A stretch of 64,000 bases of DNA from Raillietiella orientalis (lineage: Eukaryota): contig JAYWIR010000012.1 in NCBI GenBank assembly GCA_036172245.1, forward strand, positions 2,108,001 to 2,172,000, given 5' to 3'. A program made the translations under genes and the position numbers. This document shows, piece after piece, positions 12,450 to 24,749 of this stretch (position 1 is its first letter; each line of letters begins with the position of its first letter). The notes below the pieces were generated by a model. It ran no database searches. It was not told where the DNA came from and saw only the letters and a program-made list of their open reading frames with translations.

Positions 12450-13600
12450 GTAGGTCTTGTGGGACGTCGTTGGCAAGAGTCTCCAGAATCTTCATGAATT
12501 TCCATTAACTCTTGACGTTTCAGCCTTAACAGCGCCAACTCTTGGCATTGTTGAGGCTGCGACAGTGACGGGATCCGGTAGCTTCTGACCGGAAGGGAGG
12601 GGCGATGCAATCTGCACCTCTGAGGTCCCGCAGGTTCATACGCAGCTGCTGCACCAGCTTCCGAAAGCATACGCTCCCTGGTCGCAGGAGAGCGGCCCTC
12701 AACCGGATGGATCCCCTGCAGCTGAGGTCTTTTCTGCTGAGCTTTTGATCCTGTGGCTGTTCGCACACGAACCGCCTCCTGAGGGGGAGAGAGGAAAATG
12801 TCATTTTAGGACTCCTTCCCTGGCAAAGCGGTAAGACCGCTCGCCGGGAGCCCAGCGAGCCCAAGTCGGCTGCCGCGATCAATAAGAGGGAGCGCCGACC
12901 CTCTCTTCCAGCCTTCTTCCTCAGGGAACCAAGTGTGAAGGAGGCAGCAGCGCTTCCTCCTCTTCTCTCCAGATGTGTCCCCTGTCCTCCTTGCTCCTTC
13001 CTTTTGTCCGCGGGGACCATGTGTTGCGGGAACGTGACACGCTCCCCCCCCCACTCGAGGGCCCCTTCAGTTTCTACTGAACGTTCCTCGTGGGCAACGC
13101 TTTCCTGCATCCTCCTCTCTCTCTGGAGAGTAGCTACAGAGCTTCTCGCAATCGGAGTCCTCCTCCTCTTTCTCCCTCTCCTGCATCCCAGGAGCGCCGA
13201 GGTCCCGACGGAGAAAGGAGGAAGGGTACGGAAACTGGAGGTTTCACGGCTCGTGATATCAACCTTGGTTTTCGAGGAGGGAGCAATAAACGAATCGTTT
13301 CCTTTGTGAGAGGAAGAATCTCCTGGGTTCGTGGAGGAAACAGAGCTTCTAGAACTCGGAAGAGGGCGGGAGGATACTCCCGCATTTCATGGAAGGCCTC
13401 TTGGTTGGGACATGGGTCAGCAGGAAGTGCGGAGGAGTTCGTGACGCTACTTGTGTCTTCATGAAGTTCGCTGCCGGGGGCTGCAATCCAAACCGCTCTG
13501 GAGGAAAGGCCACATCCTGTTCCCTCCTTCCCTTCCGAATGAAAAAGGGAGGAATCTGCCCTTCTCTCAAAGGCCACAGGGGACTTCAATTCGGCTCGAA
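12450..13600 (-). mobile_element. Degenerate LINE RT
   Basis: NQEAFHEMREYPPALFRVLEAL (DQEKAFD..W.YLF.VL) and RGGGLRLREAL*LL (RGxRQGxPLSxLL). Confidence 0.5.
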
Positions 13601-13869
13601 AAATGACAGTCGGTGCTCTGAGTCGCGGCTCACTTCACTCTGAGGGAACTCTCGTCCTCTTTCGCTTCATCTGGAGGACGAGCAAGTGTACACATTCCCG
13701 GAGGGATAGTGACCCGCGCAACCTTCCTGTGCGTCACAGCAGAAAAGCTGCCGTCTCCGGATGCAGGCGCGCGGGCGGCAGTTAATCAGCCATCGCTTCA
13801 AGATGGCGGCGGTCACAAAAACGCGAGTAGCGATTTCGAGAGAGCAAGTAAGAACTTTTCTTCGTTCCC

Positions 13870-14830
13870 CATGTCAGGGTGTCTTACAAAACCACATCTC
13901 CAGCTGCTTGGACCGTTACCGGCTGCTCCCGAGTACCCCTAACGTCATCGTCTCCACCACAGATATAACGATGGCAGCGGCACCAGCAAATGAACAACTC
14001 TATCTACTAGTCCTTGGGTTAGCTCAGACTCAAGGTCGTCCTCTGCATCAAAATTTGGAGTGTGAGATGAATGCCAGTGTGGTGCTAGCCTGGATGTTTC
14101 GTCAAGGGATGCTTTTCTTCCAGTTTGGATGCACTCGCCGCGTGCAGCCGCCACATCCTTCGGCACGGTGGCCATATGTTTGATCCGAACAGTGTGCAGA
14201 TCGGGGTTTTCGAAGAGACCAAACTTCCTGCAGGACCAGCACAGCCTAACACTAGAGGCGAAGATTTGTTCTGAAATTCTGAGCCGTTTCGAGTGCCATG
14301 AGTTGGAAAGGACAGCTTGCAGATCGAAGGCTCCTTGTCCACTCTGGTAGCGACGAATCCCTTGTACAGCCCCGCCCCCGCCTGCGAGAATGGGACTCCT
14401 TCGCACCTCCTGCAGCTCCCATGGCCAGCTGCTGTCTTTGCGCCTTGTCGGCCTATCGTGCTCTTGCGCTCGGGCTGCGTCTTCTCCCCGCCGCCGCCGT
14501 CTGCAGCTTCAGAGTCCAGAATGATTTACGTGAGAGCGAGGGCCCTCTATTTGACCGAAGCAGATCAGCAGAGGCTTTGTGACGCACGATGGAGCTCTCG
14601 GGGTGCCAAATTCTTTTTTCATCTCGAACTCCATCCATCAGCATTCTGCGCGGCGGAAGATCATCCCGATTTCATGTCCCCGGTTTCAAATCAGTCACGA
14701 AATCATTCGTTCGGTAGTATCCAGGCAAAGGCGAATGTTTCCAAGACAGAAGATGCGCCGGAGGTGACAAAAGAAAAGGTGATTCGCGCTTCCTCTGACC
14801 GCTCGAATGCACTTTCCCTAAGCTTCTGAA
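13870..14830 (+). mobile_element. Degenerate LINE ORF2 (endonuclease C-terminus and linker)
   Basis: SSCLDRYRL (SRLDRFL), CEMNASVV..F (WKLNxSLL), GPLFDRSR...GAKFFFHLE (GA.IRSR...KYFFxLE). Confidence 0.6.
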
Positions 14831-15029
14831 CCAAAGTCCTCCTTCTGAGGACGCATTTCTTATTTTTTTTTATGGGAGCTCGGTTCCCAAGACATTTTGG
14901 TTCAGTAGGTCTCATTTAGGTCCAGGGATCGGCAGCTCCAGCGGCAAAGTGGCAACTTGACGTCACATCTATGCTTGTTCCGTGCTTTGAACCGACTGCC
15001 TCCATCCCCTGTATATAATCACTGCAAAG

Positions 15030-15480
15030 ACGTCTTGCTTTCGAGCGCAACCACGACGAGTAGGTTTGGAGTGTGCCGGTGATAAGATTGGAAAGCCCAT
15101 TGCTCCTGCGAAACGGATCGCGGGCAGACAGTCGCAGGAGAACGCGCTTCGCAGCTCACCCCCAGGCTCGCTCGTGGCGAGCACTTGGCTGCTGGGCCGA
15201 ACGCAGAAGGTGGGTGAACGCAAACCCAAACGGAGCAAGATGGCCGTTCCTCAGCAAGTCTGCTCGTTTCGGAGCAGGGAAAGTCAGATTCCTCCGTCCC
15301 GAATTTTTCACCCTGCATTGCCAGCCAGGCATGAATTCCGGGAAACGGCAGAGTGAAAGAGCTGAGCTGAATGAATTGGTCCTTCTGAATCAAATCTGAT
15401 TGACGCTGATACTCTTCCAAGACAGAGGGAAAAGCGAATTTCAGCCCCCATGATGGGAAAGTACTTATCGATATTTGAAG
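15030..15480 (+). mobile_element. Degenerate LINE ORF2 linker
   Basis: ECAGDKIGKPIA matches the L1 linker motif ExGDKxGKLLA. Confidence 0.45.
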
Positions 15481-15500
15481 GAACTTGAATGGTCATTCAA

Positions 15501-16150
15501 GTTGGCGGCAATGTGTCTACGGACCCTGCGCTTGGTACCAAGCTTCGCGGGTTCGAATCCCACCCGGAAAAGGATCGGCGCTGAAAAATGGGCGTGTCGT
15601 GGATTTCAAGTTCCCCCGCAGGACGACTCTGTCTGACCTGTGGGCTTCAGGTTCGGCGGCACTGGTGGAAGCCAGAAACCCCCGGGTGCCCCTACTGACT
15701 GGCCGGCATTGGAAGTTGACCCTCTGGGGTCCTTCCAGGGATCAAGGAGCTGGTTTTCTTGGGGTTCCCTCCGATTGGAAAAATAGAGCTATCCTCCCCA
15801 TCGGAGGATAAGACCCTCCGTCGTATTCCATGGAGCTGGTGGATCGATACCTCTCCATAGTGTAAGAAACAAGCTGCTACCTTCGGGGAGCACCTTCAGA
15901 AAAAATGGGAAGCGTTCCCTTCGGGATTCTCTTCAGAGGAGGAAACAAAGAAGGAGAGGTTCCATTGGAGGTGACGTCCAGAGAGAAAATTCAGGAGCAT
16001 ATTCTTTCCGGATGGAATCCGGAAAACAAATGAGGAGAGAATCAGGAAGAGGTTCCCTGCAGGGTTCCCTCTCAAGCGTAATAGGAACGGACTCGTTCCT
16101 CCGGAGACTTCCTGGATTCGTAGGGTGGTTTCATTTTGGAGTACTCCCTG
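15501..16150 (+). mobile_element. Core plus right arm of the same element (SINE-like form, no left arm)
   Basis: Begins at A-box-like GTTGGCGGCAATGTG, then B-box GGGTTCGAATCCC at ~15548-15561. Shares GGGGTCCTTCCAGG..TCAAGGAGCT, TTCCATGGAGCTGGTGGAT and terminal TTCCTGGATTC with the 39-kb copy. Confidence 0.8.
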
Positions 16151-16850
16151 ACTCGAAGAGCTAACATGCACCCTGGGTGAAGTGGACAGTCTTTAAAGAG
16201 CAGAAGTTACCCCTGAGAAGGTGAATGGTTCTTCGACACTCCTTAAGAACACACAAAAAAGGAAAACCCGAAAAAGTAGAAGAACTCGAAGGGATTTTTT
16301 ATCATCGGAAACTTCAAGGAAAGCAAAGAAATTTCTGAATCCCCGTAGGAATTTTTCTCCCTGCCCGCAGAACACGTCAAGAAACTCACGCAACGTGGTA
16401 CTGCGGCCATGTCGATCACGAAAAGTCTGATCTGAGGGCGCCTCTCGCGTAAACAAGTTCAGACCTTCCCGGAGAGAAAGGCTCTGCAGTTCCCCGAACG
16501 AATGAACCTTACTCTTGTGTTCCGGAAGGTGCGAAGGTCTCACGCAAACTTCCAAACACTCGATGGCGTGTGATGAGAATGTCTGCATCATTGGAACCTC
16601 TTAGTTCAATAAACAAGCCGAGAAGAAAGGATCCTATTGGATCTCATCAACAGTCTTCATCTAAGGTCCAGAATCAGTGCGCTAGGAAATAAGATTCAGA
16701 TAATAAAGCCGATAATGGATCAAGGAATCATGGCGCGCACTCGGAGGACACGTAAGCGAGCGGGGTTTCCGGCTACGCCAAGAGTTGCAGCAAAGGGTAC
16801 TCCCGTACGATCATCCCAGACAAGAATGTGGGGAACTTGAAAACATTTGA
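16150..16850 (+). mobile_element. Degenerate LINE RT/thumb (possibly continuation of 15030-15480)
   Basis: KVNGSSTLL...RTRRDFLS (VNG...RQGDxLS) and ISALGNKIQIIKPI (LSxxGKxxIIK). Confidence 0.45.
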
Positions 16851-17109
16851 TTACCAAATGTTTTCAAAAAAACTTAATCTTTCCGTAAGAGTAGGCGGAA
16901 ATGGCGTCACTGCTGTCGGAGACTGCGATTGCCGGCCACCCACGCGGTTGGCACACATGCGGCATCCGACACATTTTCAGCCGACACGAATTTGTAAGCG
17001 GTAAGAGAACTTGCACCGACGGATGACTAACTCGCCCGAGTCTGTATCAGGACCTGCTGGCGAACGCATCCTCCCTGGAGAAGCTGAACGTGAGAACGGC
17101 TCGCCCGCT

Positions 17110-17690
17110 GCAAGAAAAATGACCATCAATTTCAAAGGGAATCAAAACTGGACTACAATGGGTTGCAGAGAATTCTTTGGAACATCTTCGTGTGTTAGGG
17201 GGTCTTTGGAAAATGAGATCGACTTGCATGCGAAGAATCTCCAGACTAGCATCTCCTTTGACAATGGAAGAAATTATTTCAAGCTGATATCCCTTGAAAA
17301 GCGTGGATGCACCGTCCCGTTTCCTGCTAAGTGCTCGATCCAAAAACTCGAGGCTTCCCATGTATTCCCACAAGAGCCCTTTAGAATTTGCGTCCCATCC
17401 ATAATCTTCGTTCTCTGCTGACAACCCTTTATTGGCTGTGGACCTTTGGATGGTGGTTGCTTTCAGGTTCGGTGTTGTGTGAGGAGTTTCTCCCAATGAA
17501 TAGAGCACGCACCAAGTACAAGTAGGGATGGGATGGGGTGATGGCTGCAAGCTTGGTGGTGAACAGGACGTTTATGAGGCTGGTATAGCGGAAGAAAAAC
17601 GTTGCGGAAGGAGACAAGAAGAAAAGAGAGGAAAAGGGAGGCGAGTTCCATAACCTACAGAGCGTTTAAGCAGATGCATACGGACGTGAG
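17110..17690 (+). mobile_element. Degenerate LINE APE endonuclease
   Basis: MTINFKG (SxNxRG), EIDL...LQT (DI..LQET), KRGCTVPF (RGVAIL), GMGWGDG (GGDFN). Confidence 0.5.
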
Positions 17691-18625
17691 CACCTCTACA
17701 GAGGTCAGCTCCGTGACCGATATCTTTCTTTTCAAAAGGGAACTGGAAAGGAACCACTCCTGATTTACTCCTCTGAGGAGAATCCCGGATCCTATTTTTC
17801 CTGAATTTCACCACCGTGTTCATGGAATTGGCAAGGGGAAACCAACTCCATGAACACAAGGATGAACACTCAGAGATGGGATCGACTCCGCGACACAAGC
17901 TGGAGCGGAACCCCGAAGCTCTGTGACTGCAGGACCTTTAAGGGCTGCCTCAGTGCAGGCTAGTCAACGGGAGAGCCCAGGATTCCCAAGAGTCATTCCA
18001 GCGCCACACCCGAAGCCACGTTGGCAGCCACGTGAGGCTGCAGTCTCCGCACGCGGCACCAGGCGTTGCGGGTTCGAATCCCAACCAGGGAGGGATCCAC
18101 GCCGAGAACGGGAGGTGCGTCGTGATTTTTGAGTCCCCTCCGGACGGCGCTGGTTGGCCTGAAGGGTTCGGGTGCAGCACTGGTGGAAACCGGGAATCCC
18201 TGGATGCCCCCGTTGACCGGCTAGGATTGGAAATTGACACTCCAGGGTTCTTTCAGGTACCTCGGAGCCGGATTCCTTCGGAGTTCCCCTCCGGTTGGGA
18301 AAATGGAGCAGTCCTTCCTCCCTCAGGAAGGGGGACACCTTCCACAGCGCACTATCGAACTGGTTGATACTCCCTTCGGGAGGTTGATCTCTCCAGAATG
18401 TCAGAAGCGTTCTGCTCCTTTCGAGGTTCTCTTCAGAGGAAACAAGGAGCGGTCCCCTTGGTTCCCTCTAGAAAAGAAATTTAGGAGTAGATCCTTCCCG
18501 TGTGTCGAGACACCCCCTTCCCGGGTTCTCTTCGGAGAAGAAATGAGGAGCAGCACCCACAAATCGGAGAATCCTCCCGGAGAGAATGAGGAAGAGGTTT
18601 TCTTCGGGTTCCCGCGCCCATTTTC
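17690..18625. mobile_element. Second copy of palindromic tRNA-core element
   Basis: Core GCGGGTTCGAATCCC at ~18068-18082. Segment ~17958-18020 is the inverted counterpart of ~18163-18225. The right arm aligns by eye with the 39-kb and 15.5-kb copies. Confidence 0.8.
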
Positions 18626-18649
18626 AACATCGGTCCTACACGGAGGAGT

Positions 18650-19210
18650 TTGAACCGGTGCGCCAGCTGCCGCACGCAGCAAGGCGCATTACGTCAGAGG
18701 CGTCCCGTCTGTCACAGCACAACAAGCGTATGACCATGATTAGCGGAGAGTACAGTTGGTGATATGCCTGCTGTTTCCCGGGTAACCGACCAAGCATGCC
18801 ATTTCGGATGACATGAAGGGGGTATCTCGGCACACGAGCTCGAGGTGAGCATCGTGAAGGTCGCTGCAGCCGCCTTGCCTGGCTCCAAAAGAACCGTTCG
18901 CATTCACGAGGGCTGGGTTTTCCTTTGTCAGGTTGGGCACCTGAATCCATGAGCAAGATTGAAAAAGCTAGAGGACTCGTGTACTGACCACGCTGAGCAG
19001 TGACCTCACTTGAGTTCACCGCCTATGTTTATTTTTCCGGCAGCTGCAGGAAGAGGCCGCTGTGTTGGTGTCGAAACGTACCAACAAAGCTATTCGGCTG
19101 ATTGTGTTTTGCCATCCCAATGGGTGGACTAACAGTCCGCCTGATCAGTGAGTTGCAAAGGAGAAAGTGGTCATCTCCTAACTTCAGTTTCACGGGAATT
19201 CGAATTCTCA
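18650..19210 (-). mobile_element. Possible LINE thumb fragment
   Basis: RECERFFWSQ (..F.W) followed by LVCRDTP. Confidence 0.3.
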
Positions 19211-19570
19211 AGTCATAAAGTATGTGTGCACTTCTGTGTATTCCCCGGAAACCTCAATTCGTATGGCAGAATATGCACCTTCATAGAACAGATAACAAAA
19301 TCATCTTTAAGAGTCATCAAATAAAATGTCAAAGAATCCCACATTTTTGCAAACGATGCTTTCCCGGAAATGGACTGCGTTTTGGATGCACAGCAAAGAA
19401 GAAGAAGAAAAAAAAAAGGGTTTATCTCCGGGTTTTGCAGCACGTGACTGGCATTGCCATCTCCGTGACAGTTCGGTCTCGAATATGTAAGAAAGCACGC
19501 GGGTAGAAAATTCTTGTCTTAAAAGCGAGAGCGAAGCGCTCTGCGTGGGAAGCTGAAAACTCGAACGTAC

Positions 19571-19691
19571 CTGAAAATTCCAAGCCAAATAATTTCCATG
19601 TTCCTTTTTTTGATATTAGGATACATTCCGGGCATACATTCCTGTGAATGAGATGGCAGGTGTAATGCAGATGCATGAGCGCCTCAGCAAT
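19571..19691 (-). CDS. SCYL2: SCY1-like pseudokinase, coding exon 3
   Basis: Acceptor gaccag|ATT and donor G|GTACGT, 121 nt, phase 0/1. Encodes IAEALMHLHYTCHLIHRNVCPECILISKKGTWKLFGLEFS, the pseudokinase catalytic loop (HRN) and degenerate DFG region. Confidence 0.95.
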
Positions 19692-19699
19692 CTGGTCAA

Positions 19700-20040
19700 C
19701 AGTAAACAAGATCAGCATTTTACAAATGATTCGGGATCTTTCAGTCATCATTGAGCAACGATCCACACATTTCAAAACGGAGCGTTCGGTCTCACCCTCG
19801 ACTTTTGTCTCGAAAGCGGTCGACAGCCATTTCCGGAAGGCTGAACTTTCCAGCTTGCGCAGCGTTAATGAAATAACTAAAGATCTGCTAAGGACGGGGA
19901 ACAGGGAACCTGGTAAGGATGGAAACCGATTCCTTGGGCGGTTTGGAGCGTTATCCGTCCTGACAGTTGCAAAAATACATGCAGGAAGCACTTCCGGGAG
20001 CCACATCGCTTTCCGCTTCAAGGTGTTAACACGCTATGTT
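19700..20040 (+). mobile_element. LINE RT N-terminal fragment in SCYL2 intron 2
   Basis: SVNEITKDLLRTGNREPGKDG matches ITxxEIxxxL....KSPGxDG. Confidence 0.6.
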
Positions 20041-20246
20041 GCCCGTCGGCAGGGGAAAAAAGCAAAAAACCAAAAAAAAAGAAAAAGCAGAAGTTGAAAA
20101 CAACCGATGCTCCAAGGATTGGGTTTCGGTTGCCACGTGAGCCACGGATAGGGTGCAACTGCATGCAATGAGACGGCGACGCGACCTCTTGCGCAAACAT
20201 CACTTCGCCCGCTTTTCCCAGAAGGTCAGAAGCGCTCTGTACATAC

Positions 20247-20618
20247 TTGCAAAATTCCGTGCTTGTACTCGACGTCAAGGAAATCGTAGGGGTACCGACC
20301 CATGTTCGGCACGGCTTCGTTGACGTTGTTCGCTGCAGACGAATCAGCATCCTTCTCTGCAGGAATGGATTCGTTGGTATTTTTGGACTCGGCCTTCGTG
20401 GCGTAGACATTCGACAGGCTGCAGAAAACGGGTTCAGTGGCGTATGCTAGCGTGTCGTTGCATTCCTCTACTGAATGAAGAACTTTAAGAAACGTTATGT
20501 GCTGGCATCTTTCCAGGTGCTTCACGCTTTTCCTTAACTTATCCGTGACCGCCACTTTTCTCTTGGGCTTGTGAATCTTTTCTGCCAATTTTTTTTCGAA
20601 AACAAAGATACTTGCTTC
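20247..20618 (-). CDS. SCYL2: SCY1-like pseudokinase, coding exon 2
   Basis: Acceptor ctttcag|GAA and donor CAA|GTATGT, 372 nt, phase 0/0. Encodes EASIFVFEKKLAEKIHKPKRK...VKHLER..H..FLKVLHSVEECNDTLAYATEPVFCSLSNV...YDFLDVEYKHGILQ, typical of SCYL2. Confidence 0.95.
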
Positions 20619-21149
20619 CTGAAAGTTACATGAGAAATTAATCTTGGAATTCTCAGCACCATTTATTGATGAAAAGCGCTAACAAGAACAACAAGAAACA
20701 ACTCCCATTCACAGTTTGCCTCCGCGGATGTACCAAGCCGCTTGAAGAGCTGAGGATGCATCCGGTTCGTGCGGGCATGCTGTGTTCGTGCCCCTCACTC
20801 TGTGTCATCCTCCTGCCGATCAAGAGATGCTGCTCCCTTCATCTTATGAATTTCTTCCGCGTTTGTGTCCAGCATGATCGTGTTCCCCTGTGATGGGCTC
20901 CCGCAGCGAGACCACCCTTGGAAAACAGGGAGGTGTGAATGTCGCCCCGAGGTGGTTGGAGGTCAGGATTGACCGCTCGAAAATCCGCACTCTCGAAATT
21001 GGTTCACATCGCCACACCCATCCTTGAAGCATTTGGTCTCCCAAGTCCCTCTTTGCTGCTTGGGCCGGCGGCGAGACGCATGCATGACATCTGAAGAGTC
21101 CCCTGGTGCGATGACTGCACCTGCGCATTCTTAGACGAAGAACACACAG

Positions 21150-21560
21150 TCTTTCTAATTTTCTTCATTTCCTACTACTACTTTTCCACATTTTCTACTG
21201 TCTACATTTTCTGCTTTTCTGCACTTTCTACTTTTATACACTTCCTTCTTTCTACTTCCTATTTTTGTCCACTTCCTGCTTTTCTTCACTTTCTATTTTC
21301 CACAATTACTTTCTACTTTTCTACACCTTCTCCTTTTTCCTTTTTACTTTTTGATCAATATTTTTCTGCAGTTGCTACTTCCCACTCTTCTACACTTCCT
21401 GCTTTCTACTTTTGCACATTTTCTACTTTTCAGACTTCATTTCAGTCAGAATGGACTTGGAAAATGCAAGAGGACTCGGAGCGCGCTCTCAGCCATAGGG
21501 TCCAAGAAATTCGGGAGGGAGACGGCTGGCGGGATTTGAACCCGCTTCTTTCGTGTCGTA
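21150..21560 (-). repeat. tRNA-like B-box head followed by degenerate purine-rich simple repeat (possible SINE with expanded tail)
   Basis: Minus strand GCGGGTTCAAATCCC at ~21531-21545. Region 21150-21445 is a degenerate (CTACTTTT)n-like pyrimidine tract on +. The head weakly resembles another at ~40600-40700 (-). Confidence 0.45.
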
Positions 21561-21779
21561 CCTTTCAGATGGTGGCCAAATCGATTTCCCGTTTTCCTTC
21601 TCCTTTTTCCCTTTTGTCTCGCCCCGAAGGGTCTCTGCCGATGCACATTTGAATCCTGAACCATCTCGGTGTGTTAATCATCATGCAGCGACTCACATCT
21701 GCCCCAACTTAGGGTCTCTCTCTTCTGGGTATTTGAATCTGCGGCTCTCGGTGCCGTGACTGCACTCCCACTCGTGGAG

Positions 21780-23450
21780 TAGTCGAAGGCAATGTCCCCT
21801 AGGGGCATCCGTGGGCAAGGAGTCCCTCCGATCCTGATTCCTGGGAGCGCTGTGTCGGTGTCTTTGGGACGCAACCTTGACGCGAAGGTCCCACCGGAAA
21901 CGCTCGGGTGAGAGCTCGCCGTCGAGCTTGGCAGCCCGGAGAATGTCTTGCCACTATCATCCCCAAGGAGCGTTCTTCCAGCGGCGGCGGGGTAGACGCT
22001 GCATGTGCTCCTCGGTAACTCTCCATGGGGCCCAGCGGCATCTCCCGCCCTCTCCAGAGTCACCTGTCGCTTTGACTACGGGAGGAGCGAAGGAAGTGCC
22101 CTTGCTTGGGTACCGGCCCGCGGGCTGGGCGCGAGGGAGCTGGGCCGAGAACCACGGCCTGAAACCGAGAAAGTCGGGAGAGCGAGCGACGCCGATGATC
22201 AGCAGCAGCCCCTCAGGGGAGGTTTGTAGACACGTCCGGTCAGAGCTCCGAAAGGTAGGAGCTACCAGTCCCTTTCCTTTTTTTTTTTTTTTTTTGACCC
22301 TTCGGACGCTCCACTCTAAGGTAAGACAGACCTCCCGGTCGTGGTGGCAGGTCATTGGTTGTCCCTCGGCGTCGCTCGCTCGCTCGACGGTTCGCCTCCG
22401 CGCGTCTCTGTTGCTCAGGAGGCGGCGGCGACTCCTGGCTGGGGATGGGGTGCGCCACCTGTGAGCCCTGACCGGGAAGGGAGTGTACCATCCACTTCTC
22501 GTGGTGCCCTGACACTCCAGGGCGGTCTTGCTGATGGCAGATGCTCGCCCCATGCGACCGAAGGGCGCCAGACCTCATCGCCTTCCGCGTGGATGCCCCG
22601 CATAATCCTCTCCCGATCTGCCCCGTTTAAGGGACCTTCGCCCGTTTCATCACGAGGCGATGAGGACCGTCGGAATTTCCCGGATTCCTTCGTCCTCACA
22701 ATTCGGGAATGTGCTGCTGCTCTGCTGGGAGATGGGAAGTCGGCCGCTGGACCCTCACCGGACACGCCCGGATGCTGGTCGCAGGCGTCTGAACCAACGG
22801 AAAACTGTTCTGTTAACAAGGGATCATTGCCGGCGCTCGATCCTCATGCGGGCGGACGTTTTTGCCGGTCAGCGGCGACAGTTTCCGGGACTGGAGGAAT
22901 TTTATCCTCCCCTCCCCCTTTTTTTCCCTTCCCTTCCGGACGCGCGAACTCCAAAGGTTTTTCTCCTGCGAGAATCGGTCCACTTGGCCTAAGGGGATCG
23001 ATGGGATTTCCGCATGCCTGCAGCTGCAATGCCCCTCCTTGCGAGGCTCCTGCCCAACCTTCCGGAAATCCCTTCCTGCCTCTTCGGCAGCCCTCGCGGC
23101 TCGCAGCCACGAAGGATCAAAACCTTCCGAGCTATCGTCTCGCCATTTGGAAGCGCCGAAAGGGGTCGGCTCAAAGGCCACTGCGGTTCGACCCCCCTTC
23201 TCCGGCTCCGAAGAGGTGCTGTCGCTCGAGGGCCGAATCGCGCGGCGAGAGGGAACGCGCGCGCACAGACCGCTCGTCCCGTCGCTTGGCCCCGGGGCAG
23301 CTATAGAACTGGGAAGGGGCGTCCGGCCTGTCACATACGGATGCCCGCGAGCGAGCGCTTCTCCGCTGATTGCTCACAGGACCCGCGAACTTCAATTGGG
23401 CAGCCACCTCAGTGGAGAGGGAAGGGAGGGAGCAAAGAGAGGTCCATTAA
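21780..23450 (+). mobile_element. Degenerate LINE ORF2 (EN and RT) in SCYL2 intron 1
   Basis: HVLLGNS (LGDFN), CRFDY (SRIDY), LTIRECAAALLGDGKSAAGP, NKGSLPA, GDSFRDWRNFIL (NWRPISL). Confidence 0.55.
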
Positions 23451-23731
23451 CATCTCTGTCGATTTTGATTAAGAGGAGGCAGTGCCGGGCAACGAAATCA
23501 AGATGATTGCGTCGGAGTCTGCAGCAGCGGAGGATTCTCTTCCGTAGAATGGGTTCCCCTTTACAGCCTTTTTTTGGATTTCCAGACGGCAATAAATTGC
23601 GATTAAGAACTGTAAGCCGCTGCGGCCCGCCGTCTCTGAGCCCCCTTTGCTAATGAAAGGAGAGGTCCCGTCTTTCCGTCACGTGATAGAGAAACGCGTC
23701 TTAATGAACACACCAGACCCGCGGCACCTAC

Positions 23732-23899
23732 CTTTCCGTCACTCCTCCGGCGCGAGTCGTAAATCCTCCACAGGTGCTCTGGACCCGCCGTCCCCGTTTG
23801 CCTTTCCATCTCGAAGTACTGGATGATGGGGTTGTTGCTCAGGACCTCCTGGGCCACGGCGGAGGTTCGAAACTTCCCGAACATCTTCTCGCGGTTCAT
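23732..23899 (-). CDS. SCYL2: SCY1-like pseudokinase (SCYL2/bma-type), coding exon 1
   Basis: ATG at 23899 (alternative ATG at 23884). Encodes MNREKMFGKFRTSAVAQEVLSNNPIIQYFEMERQTGTAGPEHLWRIYDSRRRSDGK, matching the SCYL2/bma N-terminus (NP..F...AGP...W.I....K.D.K). Ends at donor AAG|GTAGGT, phase 0, 168 nt. Confidence 0.9.
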
Positions 23900-24109
23900 G
23901 CGTGCACTGCTTAGAGGACGAGAGGCGATTCCGGGCGTCCTGGAAGACGGGACGGCTGAGTCTGGTAGGCGCGGGATGCTCACGTGGAAGCGACGAGCAT
24001 CGTCGTCCGCAGCGGCAGAGGGGAGGAGGGAGTGCGACGTCTCTGGAAGCGTCCCCCGTCCTGTGCTCGTCGCGGATCCGCTCGGGCTTCGAGGAGTGCC
24101 GCAGAGGGG

Positions 24110-24640
24110 GAAGCCTTAGAGATTCATGGCGGGGAACTTTCCGGATCTCAGGCAGTTGAAAGGTCGAACAGGCAAGCCGGTAGCACGCCTCGAAGAAGAC
24201 GCCGAAGACCTTCCTCGATGCGCGCGAGGCGGTCAGGGAAGGGTCCAGAGGGAACATCCCAAGAGACGTGTTTGGGCCGCAACCCCAGAACTGATGCGCT
24301 CTGCTTCAAACGTTCGAAGGGGGGAGGAGGGAGGTCTTCCCGCTGCTTTCGGAGCTAACGTGCTCTTTGCATTCCAGGAGGAGTCTGCACGGGCGCACGG
24401 AAGAGAAGGTGCTCCCCTTAGGGAAGACCAATGTTCCTCTTTCCTCTCCGCGGGAAGCGATTTCCCTCAGCTCCAGACGGAATGGAGCCGGCTCGATCTG
24501 CGGGGAAGGTCGAAAACGCGGTTTACGCGGTCCCTCACCGCACGAAGAAATGTGTGCGGATCCTCCACGCGGGATGCGACGCAAGGCTGCCTCGATGGTG
24601 CCCCGCCGGACTCGCTGGGAGATCTTCATCCGAGATGACC
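24110..24640 (+). mobile_element. LINE thumb fragment
   Basis: LRQLKGR...RRVW...VRRGEEGGLPAAF (LxLxGR...F.W...PxxEGGL). Confidence 0.5.
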
Positions 24641-24749
24641 CTGGTGCACCTTCCCAGATGGAACAGAGACGCGGTGCCCATGCAGCTTGAGCATAGATAC
24701 GCTCCGGCACCTGCGTCTCAAACATGCGGTGGGTTGCTGGGTTACATCG

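Noticed and set aside
13799..13810. YY1/Pho consensus CAAGATGGCGGC as a promoter
   Set aside because: A single motif inside an intron between LINE relics, with no other support.
15501..15575. Functional tRNA genes at GGTTCGAATCC motifs (also ~18070, ~39602, ~40485)
   Set aside because: No complete cloverleaf or acceptor stem was evident. The copies are diverged and embedded in a dispersed repeat, so they are treated as tRNA-derived heads.
19422..20021. 199-aa ORF as a single long exon
   Set aside because: Only 19571-19691 has SCYL similarity and splice sites. The rest is intron, including the antisense of a LINE RT fragment.
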